A stretch of 64,000 nucleotides of DNA from Candidatus Dormibacteria bacterium (GCA_050010655.1 JBEKKP010000020.1:404-64403), one strand, 5' to 3'. Numbered from the stretch's first letter, positions 20,584 to 30,448 are shown. Program-made: numbers and translations. Notes: generated from the letters alone by a model not told the origin.

Positions 20584-21227
20584 CTGATCGGGTGGCGGCC
20601 CGGCGTGCCCGGTCGCCGCGGGTACTGATCTGGGGTAGGCCCGACTTTGCGAACCCGGAGGATCCCGTCCGATAAGGCCTCGGGAGCGCCGCCACCGCAC
20701 GCCGAAGCCGCGGCAGCGCACGTTCCGGTCGCCGCCCGGGCATCGCTGACGAGCGCGCAAAGCGAGCCGCCCACACGGACCAGCGGCAACGCCAGCTCGC
20801 AGAGGACCGGCGGCGGGGCCGTCGCCCGAGATACCGCGAGATCGAAGGTTTCGCGCATTCCATCGCGCCGGCAGGCGTCCTCGGCTCGCTCCGCGACGAC
20901 GTGGACGGACTGCAGACCGAGGAGCCCGGCGACATGGATGAGGAATCCGCTCTTGCGCCGGTCGGCGTCGAGCAACGTCACCTCCAGGTCCGGTCGGAGA
21001 ATCGCGATGACGATCCCAGGCACACCGCCCCCCGATCCGATATCGATCACGCTGGACCCGGTACCAGGGACGGCAGCCTCGAGCAGCCCTTCGGCCTCTG
21101 CCACGTTGCGTGACCACGCCTCATCGCGTGGAATCGACGTGAGGTTGAGACGCTGGGACCAGCGGTCGAGCTCGTCGAGGTACGCCTCGAGAGTCGCGTT
21201 CCTGTCGCCGGTCGGATGCGACGTCAT
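20580..21227 (-). CDS. rsmG: 16S rRNA (guanine527-N7) methyltransferase RsmG
   Basis: LNLTSI, DIGSGGGVPG, RAE, AVSRA, YPRRPGTP. Confidence 0.9.
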   Translation of the reverse strand: MTSHPTGDRNATLEAYLDELDRWSQRLNLTSIPRDEAWSRNVAEAEGLLEAAVPGTGSSVIDIGSGGGVPGIVIAILRPDLEVTLLDADRRKSGFLIHVAGLLGLQSVHVVAERAEDACRRDGMRETFDLAVSRATAPPPVLCELALPLVRVGGSLCALVSDARAATGTCAAAASACGGGAPEALSDGILRVRKVGPTPDQYPRRPGTPGRHPIS

Positions 21228-21327
21228 GGCGCCGAGCCTACCGCTCGCCGGCGACCGTGCCGGGTCGGTGACGGTGGCCTGTTTGCCTCCCCGATGGGCC
21301 TTCGCCGTGCGATCATGCAATGGAGCG

Positions 21328-21522
21328 ATGGAGACGAACGAGGAAACGTCCGACCGGTGCCCCATGTGCAAGGGTGAAATGCTCTCGGTGCTGTACTACG
21401 GCGCCGATGGCGAATCGGTTGGCGGCCATCGGATCTGCCCGGGCTGCGGCCCTCGTTCCGTTGTTGAGCTGGTAGCGCCGGACGAGATCCGCCGCCGGCT
21501 CCTGGAGCGCAAAGCCTCCTAG
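21328..21522 (+). CDS. Small zinc-ribbon protein (64 aa)
   Basis: GGAG upstream; CPMC...CPGC; fills the gap divergent from rsmG. Confidence 0.6.
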   Translation: METNEETSDRCPMCKGEMLSVLYYGADGESVGGHRICPGCGPRSVVELVAPDEIRRRLLERKAS

Positions 21523-21668
21523 TCTCGCCGGGCGCGCACGAGCCGCGCCCCGATCGATTCGTCTCTTTTGGATGTTCCGGCTGCGGACGTGTCACGTCGC
21601 CGTGACGGCCGGTCACGGCGCGATGACATCGGGAGGCGGCGCCGGCACCCGATGGGAGACTGGCCGCG

Positions 21669-22865
21669 ATGCGTCAGCCCCGGTTTTCGTTCGCCCGTCA
21701 CCGTCTTGTCCGCGCGCTGCCGTTCGCGCTGCTGCTGACGCTGATCGCCGTTCCGGCCGCCGCAAGCCCAACTCCGGGTGTCACTGCGGCGCAGCAGGCT
21801 GCCGCCGCCGCCGCGAAGGACGCCAATAACGCGAAGGACGCCGCCAACAACGCTGACGACGCCCTGGCACTGGCGCGCGCTGCGCTTGCCGCGGCAAACA
21901 CGCACCTGGCGCAGATCAACACGCAGATCACCTCGCTGCACGCAACGATTGCCGCCGATACAGCGACGCTCAACACCGTTGACGCGCAGCTCGACGCGGA
22001 TCGCGGTCATCTCGCCGCGTACCTCCGCCAGTCCTACGAGAACGGCGGATCGGAAGCGATGCTCGCGTACATCATCTCCGCCAACACCATCGCGGCGGCG
22101 ATTCAGCGCGACGTGCAGGTGAACGAAATCTCATCGGCGAGCATGGAGCTTGTCGATCGCATCGGCGCCGAGGAGCAGAAGGCGAGCAGCACGCTCGCAC
22201 AGCACACGGCCGACCTTGCGCAGCTTGCCGCGGAAGAGGAGCAGGCACAGACGGAGCAGGCGATCATCAAGGTGCAGGCGCAGAACCTCCTCGTTGCGGA
22301 CATCGCTGCGCACCGTCAGGTCTCTCAAGCGCAGAAGGCTCTTGCGGCAGCCGTCGCCGCGCTTGCTGCGGCGCGCGCTCGGGACGTCATCTACCCGCCG
22401 GTCCCCGGTCCGCTCTTCACCGTTGACACCAACCTCACGCTCCCGAGCGGCGAGACCGCTGCAAGCCTCAACCAGTTCCTCGCGGGCTCAGCGCTCGCTG
22501 GTCTCGGCGCCAGCTTCATGCAGGCCGAGACGACATATCACGTGAGTGCGCGTTATTTCGTCGCCCATGCGATTCTCGAATCCGGTTGGGGTACCAGCGC
22601 AATCGCGCAGTACAAGTTCAATCTTTTCGGTTTCGGCGCCGATGACGCGAACCCCTACGGCGACGCGATGACGTTCACGAGCTTCGACGCGTGCATCCAG
22701 TACGTCGCGCAGTTCATCGAGGCCAACTACCTCACATCGACCGGCCCGTTCTTCCACGGCCCGACGTTGCGCGGCATGAATGTCGACTACGCAAGCGATC
22801 CCAACTGGGCCGAGAAAATCGCGAGCATCGCGGACACAATTCCTCCCGTCACCGTCGTTCCCTGA
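21669..22865 (+). CDS. Secreted peptidoglycan hydrolase: PcsB-like coiled coil plus glucosaminidase (GH73-like)
   Basis: Signal peptide; Ala/Gln coiled coil; HAILESGWG, NLFG, YASDPNWAEKI. Confidence 0.85.
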   Translation: MRQPRFSFARHRLVRALPFALLLTLIAVPAAASPTPGVTAAQQAAAAAAKDANNAKDAANNADDALALARAALAAANTHLAQINTQITSLHATIAADTATLNTVDAQLDADRGHLAAYLRQSYENGGSEAMLAYIISANTIAAAIQRDVQVNEISSASMELVDRIGAEEQKASSTLAQHTADLAQLAAEEEQAQTEQAIIKVQAQNLLVADIAAHRQVSQAQKALAAAVAALAAARARDVIYPPVPGPLFTVDTNLTLPSGETAASLNQFLAGSALAGLGASFMQAETTYHVSARYFVAHAILESGWGTSAIAQYKFNLFGFGADDANPYGDAMTFTSFDACIQYVAQFIEANYLTSTGPFFHGPTLRGMNVDYASDPNWAEKIASIADTIPPVTVVP

Positions 22866-22872
22866 CGCTGCG

Positions 22873-23361
22873 TCAGGAAGGGGTCGGGTGCAGGGGCGCC
22901 GCAGCCTTCGAAGGCGAGCCCACGAAACCGGTGCCGACCATGAGCAGTGCGCCGACGGTGGACGCGACCGCACCGCCGAGAAATACGTAGACACCCGGAT
23001 CAGTCATGTACGGGGTGCCGTAAGCGATTCCGTCTAACAGGTACGTCCCCGGGAGCTTTACCGCAAGCCCCATCGCAACCACCGACGCTCCAAGGCCAAT
23101 GAGGCCGTTGAGGCGGCGTCCAAATCCGGCGACATGGTAGGTGGCGACAGCAGCGAGTACGAAGATCGTTCCGAAGACGAACACCGCGTCAGAACCGCTG
23201 ATGAGGGTGGAGTACACCTGGTTCGGGTACTGATCGGGCGTTGCTATGCCATCGCCGTACCACCCGATGTACGGCAGAAATGTCGCCCCGAACATGGTCG
23301 CCGCACCGATCGCGCATATCGCTCCCGGCAGACAGTTGATGACCCTGGAACGACTTCTCAC
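22873..23361 (-). CDS. Hypothetical membrane protein (start uncertain)
   Basis: About 4 hydrophobic segments. Confidence 0.55.
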   Translation of the reverse strand: MRSRSRVINCLPGAICAIGAATMFGATFLPYIGWYGDGIATPDQYPNQVYSTLISGSDAVFVFGTIFVLAAVATYHVAGFGRRLNGLIGLGASVVAMGLAVKLPGTYLLDGIAYGTPYMTDPGVYVFLGGAVASTVGALLMVGTGFVGSPSKAAAPLHPTPS

Positions 23362-23469
23362 CTGGCTATCGTCGCGGTCTGATCCGCACGGCGATCGGCG
23401 GTCACACAGTTGTCGCAACCCTCCGCGTCGCAGCGCGAATCCCTGGCGTGCGTGGGCTAGGCTGACGCG

Positions 23470-25176
23470 ATGCAGCATCCGATCGGCGAGCACGCGCTGC
23501 TCGCTGACTCGAGGACCGCGGCGCTCATCGATCCCGACGGCAACGTGGCGTGGCTGTGCTGGCCGAGGATCGACTCGACACCGTTGCTCTTCTCAATCCT
23601 CGATACGGATCGCGGCGGTACGTTCGTCGTGCGGCCGGCGCGACCGGACGCGCGCGTGGTCTCGCGCCGATACCTTCCTCGTTCGCTCGTCCTCGAGACA
23701 GTCTGGGAAGCCGGTGGTGCGCAACTGATCATTGAAGACGCACTCGACCTCGGCGAAGGCCCGCTGTTGATTCGGAGGCTTCGTACCGAGGGCAACGATG
23801 TCGAGGTGGCAGTCACCGTCACCGCGCCTGACTGGCCTGGCGCGCGTGGCTCATTGCGCACGCTCGGCAATGTGCTCGAGCTCGACGGTGGCGCCGGCGT
23901 CGCGATCCACGCGCCGTCCGAATGGCAGCCGCACGCCGGAGGCACGCGTTCGGAGTTCACGGTGCATCCGGGCAGTCCGGCGGCGGTGACTCTGGCCACG
24001 GCGGGAACCGCGCCGCGCACGCCCTCGATTGCGACAACGCTGTCGGCGTGGCACGAAGCGATGCCCGTGTTCCGCAACCTCTCGGCGCAGCCGGGTCTCG
24101 ACGGTCTCCTCGAGACGACGGCGGCAGTGCTCCTCGGCCTGCGTCGCCACGATGGCGGCATCGTCGCCGCGCCGACCACGTCGCTTCCCCAATGGCCGGG
24201 GTCCAGCCGCACCTGGGACTACCGATATTCCTGGATGCGCGACTCGTCGCTGGCGGCGCTCGCGATGCTCCGGCTGGGTCTGCTGGATGCGGCGTCCTCG
24301 CTCGGAGCCTTCATAGGGAGCGTGGTGAACGAGTCCGGACCGCTCCCCCTCGTGCGCATCGACGGCACCGCCCCGCCCGTGGAGACGGAGATCGCGGAAC
24401 TGGCCGGGTATCGAGGTTCGCGTCCTGTCAGGATCGGCAACGGCGCCGCCGCGCAGGCGCAGCTCGACGTCCCGGGCGAGGTCATCGAACTTGCGACGTC
24501 GCTCGCCAAGAACGCGGCGCTGCCGGCCGAACTCGCGACCGCCGTACCCGTCCTGGCCGACTGGCTCGTGCACCACTGGAGAGAGCCGGACAACGGGATC
24601 TGGGAGATCCGCGGGGCGCCTCGCCGGTATACGCACTCCCTGCTCACCGCCATCAGCGGCCTGACCGGCGCCGCCTCGCTCGCGGATCGACATCGCGTGG
24701 CGGGGGATGCGACGGCGTGGCTTCAGGCAGCCGCCGCAGCGACGGCAGCGATTGGTGAAACCGGAGGCGCTCTACAAATCCACCTCGATGGCGGGGGCGC
24801 GGACGCGGCACTCGCCCAGGCAGCACTGCTCAGCGGGCTGGAACGCTTCGGCGCCCGGATCGATCCGACCCTCGACCTGATCGTGGAACGTCTTGACCGC
24901 GGCGGCCTCATCGATCGGCACGAGACCCAGGCCGACACGCTCGGGGATCCCTGCGCGCCCTTTGTCTTTCCGACGTTCTGGCTGGCGAGAGCTCTTGCCG
25001 CGTCCGGACGCGACGGCTCGAGGTATCTCGAGACGGCCCTGGCCACGCGGGGACCGCTTGGTCTCTTCGGCGAGGTCGCCGACCCCGAGGACCACATGCC
25101 GCTGGGCAACTACCCACAAGTGCAGAGCCACGCCTCGTTCGTGCTCGCGGTCGTCCCCCCGGAAAAGGCCTCTTAG
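23470..25176 (+). CDS. Glycoside hydrolase family 15 (trehalase/glucoamylase-like)
   Basis: WLCWPRIDS, IVAAPTTSLP, WDYRYSWMRD, PDNGIWEIR, LFGE, LGNYPQ. Confidence 0.9.
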   Translation: MQHPIGEHALLADSRTAALIDPDGNVAWLCWPRIDSTPLLFSILDTDRGGTFVVRPARPDARVVSRRYLPRSLVLETVWEAGGAQLIIEDALDLGEGPLLIRRLRTEGNDVEVAVTVTAPDWPGARGSLRTLGNVLELDGGAGVAIHAPSEWQPHAGGTRSEFTVHPGSPAAVTLATAGTAPRTPSIATTLSAWHEAMPVFRNLSAQPGLDGLLETTAAVLLGLRRHDGGIVAAPTTSLPQWPGSSRTWDYRYSWMRDSSLAALAMLRLGLLDAASSLGAFIGSVVNESGPLPLVRIDGTAPPVETEIAELAGYRGSRPVRIGNGAAAQAQLDVPGEVIELATSLAKNAALPAELATAVPVLADWLVHHWREPDNGIWEIRGAPRRYTHSLLTAISGLTGAASLADRHRVAGDATAWLQAAAAATAAIGETGGALQIHLDGGGADAALAQAALLSGLERFGARIDPTLDLIVERLDRGGLIDRHETQADTLGDPCAPFVFPTFWLARALAASGRDGSRYLETALATRGPLGLFGEVADPEDHMPLGNYPQVQSHASFVLAVVPPEKAS

Positions 25177-25177
25177 G

Positions 25178-25831
25178 TCACCCGCACGAGGACGGATCGG
25201 CGGCGACAAGGGGGAGATGCACCCCGACCGCGACACCACCTGGCAGGACGGCGACGCACTCGATGTCCGTTCGGAGCGGGCTGAGCGCCGGGGCGATCGC
25301 GAAGAGGCGATCCAGCGACAGCGCCGCGTCGATCTGCGACACAAGGCCGGACCCGGCGAAGCCCGGCAATCCGAGCATGCCGATATCGAGCTGCGGGACC
25401 TGCGCGACGATCACGGGGCCGTTCGTCCCCGGCTGGAGCGAGAGGCTGATGTGCGCCACCGCAGTGGGCGTGAACGGACCCGCGGAGATCTGCGCCGACA
25501 CGACCACGAGCCCATAGCGCACGCGCACCTGGACGTCGCGATAGGCGGTCGGATGCGGATTGTTGGCTACGGCGAGCACCGTGAGGTCCTCCTCGCTGAG
25601 CACGACGACCCCATGCGGAGACGTGAGCAGTTGCGCCGCCATCTCCTTGCCCAGCGCTATCGCGATCGCCGTCTCGGTAGCGCCGTGCGACGGTCCAGCG
25701 GGCGGTGCGCCGAGCTCCGGCGCGGCCAGGGCGCGATCGGCCACGAAGACCGAACCCCCGACGAGGACGAGGAGCATGAGCAGGCCGAGACAGCAGCCGC
25801 GCACGATCCCGCGCTGCTCCGAGTGGGTCAC
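25178..25831 (-). CDS. Hypothetical protein with N-terminal membrane anchor
   Basis: GCCLGLLMLLVLVGG anchor; starts 4 nt after the acylase stop. Confidence 0.65.
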   Translation of the reverse strand: MTHSEQRGIVRGCCLGLLMLLVLVGGSVFVADRALAAPELGAPPAGPSHGATETAIAIALGKEMAAQLLTSPHGVVVLSEEDLTVLAVANNPHPTAYRDVQVRVRYGLVVVSAQISAGPFTPTAVAHISLSLQPGTNGPVIVAQVPQLDIGMLGLPGFAGSGLVSQIDAALSLDRLFAIAPALSPLRTDIECVAVLPGGVAVGVHLPLVAADPSSCG

Positions 25832-25835
25832 ACCC

Positions 25836-28277
25836 CTATGTTCGCCCGCCGGCCTCTTTGCCGTGCGTCGTCGGGAGCGGGGCGAGCACGAACCGTGTCC
25901 TGGCGTGGCGGCGCACCTCCTGCGCACTCCAGTACAGCGGGAACTGGCGGTTGGTCTTCCAGCGACGCGACAGGTCTCGGTAGTGGCGTGATCCCGGCTG
26001 CCCGGACTGGCCGGGGACGTGGATCCCGCCGCTCGCATCCCACTTGCCCACGTCGATGACCTGACGCCACGACGGAGCGGAGAGCCGCGTCTCGAACGGC
26101 TGCCCGGGCACCTGCGACGTGGCAAAGACTGTGTCGGTGTTGCCTCCGACAGGGATCGAAGGGGCGTTGAAGAACCATGCGAGCCCGCGGCGGCGGCCGA
26201 ACGGGTGGATGAGCTCGAGCCGGTGCACGCGCCCCCACTTCCATCGCCGCGAACCGCGTCCGAAGCGCTCCCGGAGGTCGGTCGTAGCGTCGTCCAGTGA
26301 CTTCGCCACCACTTCGGCCCAGGTGGTGAGCCCCTCGAACAGGCCGTCGTCGCCGAGCTCCCAGCGCTCGATCAGGAGGGGTGTCAGCCTGCCCACCAGG
26401 TTGCCGGGATACTGGAAGACCGGGTGGGTGAGATCCACGCCGGCGAGGATCCGCCAGGCGTTGCCGCAGACTGGGTTCAGCGAGTGCTCGGCAAGGCGGG
26501 CCATGAACGCCTCGTAGATGGTCGGCTCGACCCGACGCGGATCCATCACCGCGTCCCAGGCCGCGAGCCGGCGGCGTGCGGCTTCGGCACCGGGATGCTC
26601 ACAGCGCACGGCGCCAAGCAACCGGACCACCTGGCGCGCCGGCGGGCAGACGAGATCCATTTGCGCACGGGCCATGTACGCGAGGTCGACGACGCGTTCG
26701 CCGAGGAGCTCACCGATCCGGAGCGCCCGATATCCCGACATGTAATCGGTGCCGATGTAGAAGGGGAATTTGTCCCCGACGATGCGGTTGTTCGCGGTGA
26801 TGATCTGGTGCTCCGGCGGGTCGAAGATCTGCGGCACCTCGTCCACGTTCAAGTACCTCGTCCAGACCGCATCGCCTGTCCAGCCCTGCACCGGAAGCCC
26901 GCTGGGCTTTGATTTGCGAACGGGAATACGCCCGCAAAGGAGATAGCCGATGTGGCCGTCGACGTCCGCGTACACCACGTTCTGGGACGGCGCGTCGAAG
27001 CCCGCGAACGACTCCTTGAAGCTCTTCCAGTCGCCCGCACGCTGGAGGCGAAGGAGCCCCTCGGCGGCGCTCCCCGGTTGCAGCGCCGTCCATTGCAATG
27101 CAAGGCCGCGCCAGATCGACCGCTCGGGGTCCTCGATGCGCTCGACGATCGGGCCGTGGCGGGTGACCACCACCTCTTCGAGCACGTCCGAGGAGCCTTT
27201 GACGTGGATGATCTCGCGCAGCCGCCGCGTCGGCTCGAATCCCCGCTCCGTACGGAAATGGTCGCCGGCGGGCGAGTCGAACTCCTCGATGACCAGGTCC
27301 TGGCAATCGGCAAAGGAGTTGGTGAACCCCCAGGCAACGCGCTTGTTGTGACCGATGATCACGAACGGCATCCCGGGCATGGTCACGCCGGTCGATTCGA
27401 AGTCCTCGCCGGCCCGGACGTGCGCCGCGTACCAGATCGACGGCATTCCCGGGACCAGGTGCGGGTCGTTGCAGAGGATCGGACGGCCGGTGGAGGTGCG
27501 CTCGCCGGATACCACCCACGAGTTGCTCATCCCGCCCGCGGTGGGGATCCAGCGCGCGGCCTCGCGGAACATCGCCAGCAGCTGGGACCGGGTGTCGGTC
27601 CCCCCGGCTGCCTTGACAGTGCTTGCGAGGATCGTGGGATTCGCATCCGGGTAGACGATGTCGAGGCGGGCAGCGTGCTCCGGCCCGATCGCGCGCAGCA
27701 GTTCAAGCCGCTGCAATTCGGTGTCCCAGTTCATGCTCAGGCCGAGAGCGAGCAGCTTGAGCGTGGCGAGGCTGTGCATGGGCTCCCACGGCTCCGGGGT
27801 CACGCCCAGCAGGCGGTACTCGAGCGGGAGCGCATGGCTCGACTGGCCGATCGTGTTCACGCCGGCCGCGTACGCCTTGAGCATCCGCCGCGCTTCCGGG
27901 GCGAGACGAAGCTCCTCGTCACGTGCGACACGGTGCAGCCCGACCCGCCGGATGAAGCGGTCGATGTTCACGCCGTCGGTGCCGATCAACTCGCTGATGC
28001 GACCGGTGGCGACGCGGCGGGTCACCTCCATCTGCCAGAGGCGGTCCTGGGCATGGACGACACCGGCCGCGAAGGCCGCGTCTTCCATCGTCGTGGCGTT
28101 GATGTGGGGCACTCCCCATCGATCACGCCCGACGGTGACCTCCGCGGCGATGCCCGTGACCCCGAGCCTGCCCCGCACCCGAGGGAGAGACACGCCGAAG
28201 GTGCGATGGCGAGCTACCAGCAGAGCGATGCAGAGGACGACCACAACGGCCGCCACGACGATGAGGGCAATGATCAT
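25836..28277 (-). CDS. Penicillin acylase family (Ntn hydrolase) protein
   Basis: RDRWGVPHI, HAQDRLWQM, SNSWVVSG (catalytic Ser), NDPHL, GQSG. Confidence 0.93.
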   Translation of the reverse strand: MIIALIVVAAVVVVLCIALLVARHRTFGVSLPRVRGRLGVTGIAAEVTVGRDRWGVPHINATTMEDAAFAAGVVHAQDRLWQMEVTRRVATGRISELIGTDGVNIDRFIRRVGLHRVARDEELRLAPEARRMLKAYAAGVNTIGQSSHALPLEYRLLGVTPEPWEPMHSLATLKLLALGLSMNWDTELQRLELLRAIGPEHAARLDIVYPDANPTILASTVKAAGGTDTRSQLLAMFREAARWIPTAGGMSNSWVVSGERTSTGRPILCNDPHLVPGMPSIWYAAHVRAGEDFESTGVTMPGMPFVIIGHNKRVAWGFTNSFADCQDLVIEEFDSPAGDHFRTERGFEPTRRLREIIHVKGSSDVLEEVVVTRHGPIVERIEDPERSIWRGLALQWTALQPGSAAEGLLRLQRAGDWKSFKESFAGFDAPSQNVVYADVDGHIGYLLCGRIPVRKSKPSGLPVQGWTGDAVWTRYLNVDEVPQIFDPPEHQIITANNRIVGDKFPFYIGTDYMSGYRALRIGELLGERVVDLAYMARAQMDLVCPPARQVVRLLGAVRCEHPGAEAARRRLAAWDAVMDPRRVEPTIYEAFMARLAEHSLNPVCGNAWRILAGVDLTHPVFQYPGNLVGRLTPLLIERWELGDDGLFEGLTTWAEVVAKSLDDATTDLRERFGRGSRRWKWGRVHRLELIHPFGRRRGLAWFFNAPSIPVGGNTDTVFATSQVPGQPFETRLSAPSWRQVIDVGKWDASGGIHVPGQSGQPGSRHYRDLSRRWKTNRQFPLYWSAQEVRRHARTRFVLAPLPTTHGKEAGGRT

Positions 28278-28314
28278 TTGGAGCGGTCTGGGAACGTACT
28301 ACACTCGCGAGCCC

Positions 28315-29400
28315 ATGGCCTTGCGAACTCCGCTGTATGAACAGCACGTGGCCGCCGGCGCACGCATGGTCGAGTTCGGCGGTTTCGACATGCCACTCCA
28401 GTACTCGACCATCCGCGACGAGCACATGGCGGTGCGCACCCGGTGCGGGCTTTTCGATCTCTCGCACATGGGGGAGGTGCGCTTCACCGGCGATCGCGCG
28501 CTCGACGTCGTCCAACGGCTGGTCACCAATGACGTAGCCCGCCTCGAGGTCGGCGGGGCCCTGTACGGCGTGATGTGCCACGAATCAGGCGGGATCGTGG
28601 ACGACGTGGTCGTGTACCGCGAGGCGGACGGCTACATGGTCGTGATCAATGCCGCCTGTCGGGGCAAGGATGTCGCGTGGATGAGCGCGCACAACGCCGG
28701 CAGCGATTTCGAGGACATCAGCGACGCCGTTGCCCTGCTCGCGGTGCAGGGCCCGCGGGCTGTTGCGCTGGTCAGTGGCATGTGCCCAGACCCCGTTGCC
28801 GAACTGCGCCCATTCCACGCGACCGACAGCACGGTGGCCGGGGTCGCCGCCTCTGTGTCCCGAACCGGATACACCGGCGAGGACGGTTTCGAACTCTATG
28901 TCGCCGCGGCTGACGCTCCGGCCCTTTGGGACGCGCTGCTCGAGGCGGGCGCCGACGACGGCCTCATCCCGTGCGGCCTCGGCGCTCGCGACACGCTCAG
29001 GCTCGAGGCCGGCCTGCGGCTCTACGGCCAGGACATGGACGACGCCACCGACCCGTACAGCTGCTCGCTGGGATGGACCGTGAAGCTCCAGAAAGGGGAG
29101 TTCATCGGCAGCGACGCCTTGACGCACCTCGACCCGTCGCACCCGCCACGGCGTTTTGTCGGGATCACGCTGGAGGGCCGTGCCATCGCCCGCCACGGGC
29201 AGCGAGTCCTCGTCGACGGCGAACCGGCCGGCGAAGTCACAAGCGGGACCTACAGCTTCACGCTCGACCACTCGATCGCCACCGCATCATTGGACGGCGA
29301 CGTCCCGGCGGACGCCCCGCTTTCCGTCGACATCAGAGGCACCCTCGCCGCGGCGACGGTGGTGCCCCTGCCCTTCTATCGCCGCCCCAAGGGAGCCTGA
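28315..29400 (+). CDS. gcvT: Glycine cleavage system aminomethyltransferase T
   Basis: LRTPLY, GLFDLSHMG, SRTGYTGEDGFE, GLGARDTLRLEAG. Confidence 0.96.
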   Translation: MALRTPLYEQHVAAGARMVEFGGFDMPLQYSTIRDEHMAVRTRCGLFDLSHMGEVRFTGDRALDVVQRLVTNDVARLEVGGALYGVMCHESGGIVDDVVVYREADGYMVVINAACRGKDVAWMSAHNAGSDFEDISDAVALLAVQGPRAVALVSGMCPDPVAELRPFHATDSTVAGVAASVSRTGYTGEDGFELYVAAADAPALWDALLEAGADDGLIPCGLGARDTLRLEAGLRLYGQDMDDATDPYSCSLGWTVKLQKGEFIGSDALTHLDPSHPPRRFVGITLEGRAIARHGQRVLVDGEPAGEVTSGTYSFTLDHSIATASLDGDVPADAPLSVDIRGTLAAATVVPLPFYRRPKGA

Positions 29401-29402
29401 AC

Positions 29403-29780
29403 GTGGCCGATCTCTCCAACTACCGGTTCACCGCAAGCCACGAGTGGGTGCATGTCGACGGCTCGAACGCGAAGATCGGGATCTCCGACCACGCTCAGGC
29501 GCAGCTCGGTGACGTGATCTTTCTCGAGCTCCCCGCGGTGGGAACAGAGGTCAAAGCGGGCACGAAGTTCGGCGCGATCGAGTCGGTGAAAGCCGCTTCT
29601 GATCTGTATGCGCCGGTGAGCGGCACCGTGGCCGAGGTGAACGCCGCCCTGACGGAGCGGCCCGAGCTCGTGAACTCGGATCCGTACGGCGAGGGCTGGA
29701 TGCTCCGGCTCGAGAGCGCGAGCGACGACGGCGGCGACCTGCTCGACGAAGCCGGCTACACGAAGCTGGTCGGGGACTGA
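29403..29780 (+). CDS. gcvH: Glycine cleavage system protein H
   Basis: SHEWV, IGISDHAQAQLGD, IESVKAAS (lipoyl Lys), NSDPYGEGW. Confidence 0.96.
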   Translation: MADLSNYRFTASHEWVHVDGSNAKIGISDHAQAQLGDVIFLELPAVGTEVKAGTKFGAIESVKAASDLYAPVSGTVAEVNAALTERPELVNSDPYGEGWMLRLESASDDGGDLLDEAGYTKLVGD

Positions 29781-29798
29781 CCTAGACTTCTGCCCCGG

Positions 29799-29875
29799 GG
29801 TCAGCTAGCTCAGCTGGTTAGAGCGCGCGGTTCACATCCGCGAGGTCGAGGGTTCGAGTCCCCCGCTGACCACCA
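29799..29875 (+). tRNA. tRNA-Val (anticodon CAC)
   Basis: Acceptor GGTCAGC/GCTGACC, D arm GCTC/GAGC, anticodon arm CGCGG-TTCACAT-CCGCG, TTCGAGT loop, encoded CCA; one A-C mismatch in the T stem. Confidence 0.95.
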
Positions 29876-29894
29876 TTCACGATCGGACGCGACA

Positions 29895-30386
29895 TCATTC
29901 GTCGTGAGCGTGTGGATGTGAGTGAGCCGAGCGTGTCTTGATCTGACCGAGAGCCGTGAGACCTGCTCTCATCCCGGCGAGTTGCTCCGGCGTGATCATG
30001 CCGGCGAGTTCGGCATCGATCGAGTCGACCGCGGCTCGGGTCGCCAGGGCCGCCCCGCGACCTCGCTCGGTCAGGTTGATGTTCATTCGCCGGCGATCGT
30101 TCGCATCGATCTCCCTGGTCAGGTACCCGCGAATGACGAGTGTGTCGATCAGCTGGCTTGCCGCCTGTTTGCTCACCCCGAGGCCATGAATCATGTCGGC
30201 TGCCGACGCGTTCTCTCGCACCATGCCGCCAAGAACGAACGATCCATTGCGGGGGAGGTCATCGAAGCCGGCCGCGGCGAGTTGCGCGCTCACGGCCTGG
30301 GCATAGCTCCCGCGGGCCCAGCGAAGCAGTGCGGGGAGGACAACCTCGTCGTCGATGGCACGGGTTTCGGTCTCAGGATTTGTCAT
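29895..30386 (-). CDS. MarR family transcriptional regulator
   Basis: GVSKQAASQLIDTLVIRGYL, DRRR, LTERGR. Confidence 0.9.
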   Translation of the reverse strand: MTNPETETRAIDDEVVLPALLRWARGSYAQAVSAQLAAAGFDDLPRNGSFVLGGMVRENASAADMIHGLGVSKQAASQLIDTLVIRGYLTREIDANDRRRMNINLTERGRGAALATRAAVDSIDAELAGMITPEQLAGMRAGLTALGQIKTRSAHSHPHAHDE

Positions 30387-30417
30387 GACTTCAGCATACG
30401 AGGCCGCGAAGCGATTC

Positions 30418-30448
30418 GTCAATCTTATTGACAGTCAAGTCATGTGAC
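30418..30448. promoter_or_regulatory. Tandem inverted repeats, putative MarR operator
   Basis: GTCAAT-ctt-ATTGAC then GTCA-N7-TGAC between divergent marR and the MBL gene. Confidence 0.55.

Noticed and set aside
21495-21530. GCGCAAAGCCTCC resembling the P2 entry of a c-di-GMP-I riboswitch
   Set aside because: No upstream GGCAAA/GNRA P1 element, and it lies within the end of a small CDS
21810-21860. Short direct repeat gcgaaggacgcc
   Set aside because: It encodes AKDANN/AKDAANN within the coiled coil
29848-29864. A-C mismatch in the tRNA-Val T stem as a sign of a pseudo-tRNA or editing
   Set aside because: A single mismatch is tolerated; all other arms, the CCA end and a promoter-like hexamer are intact
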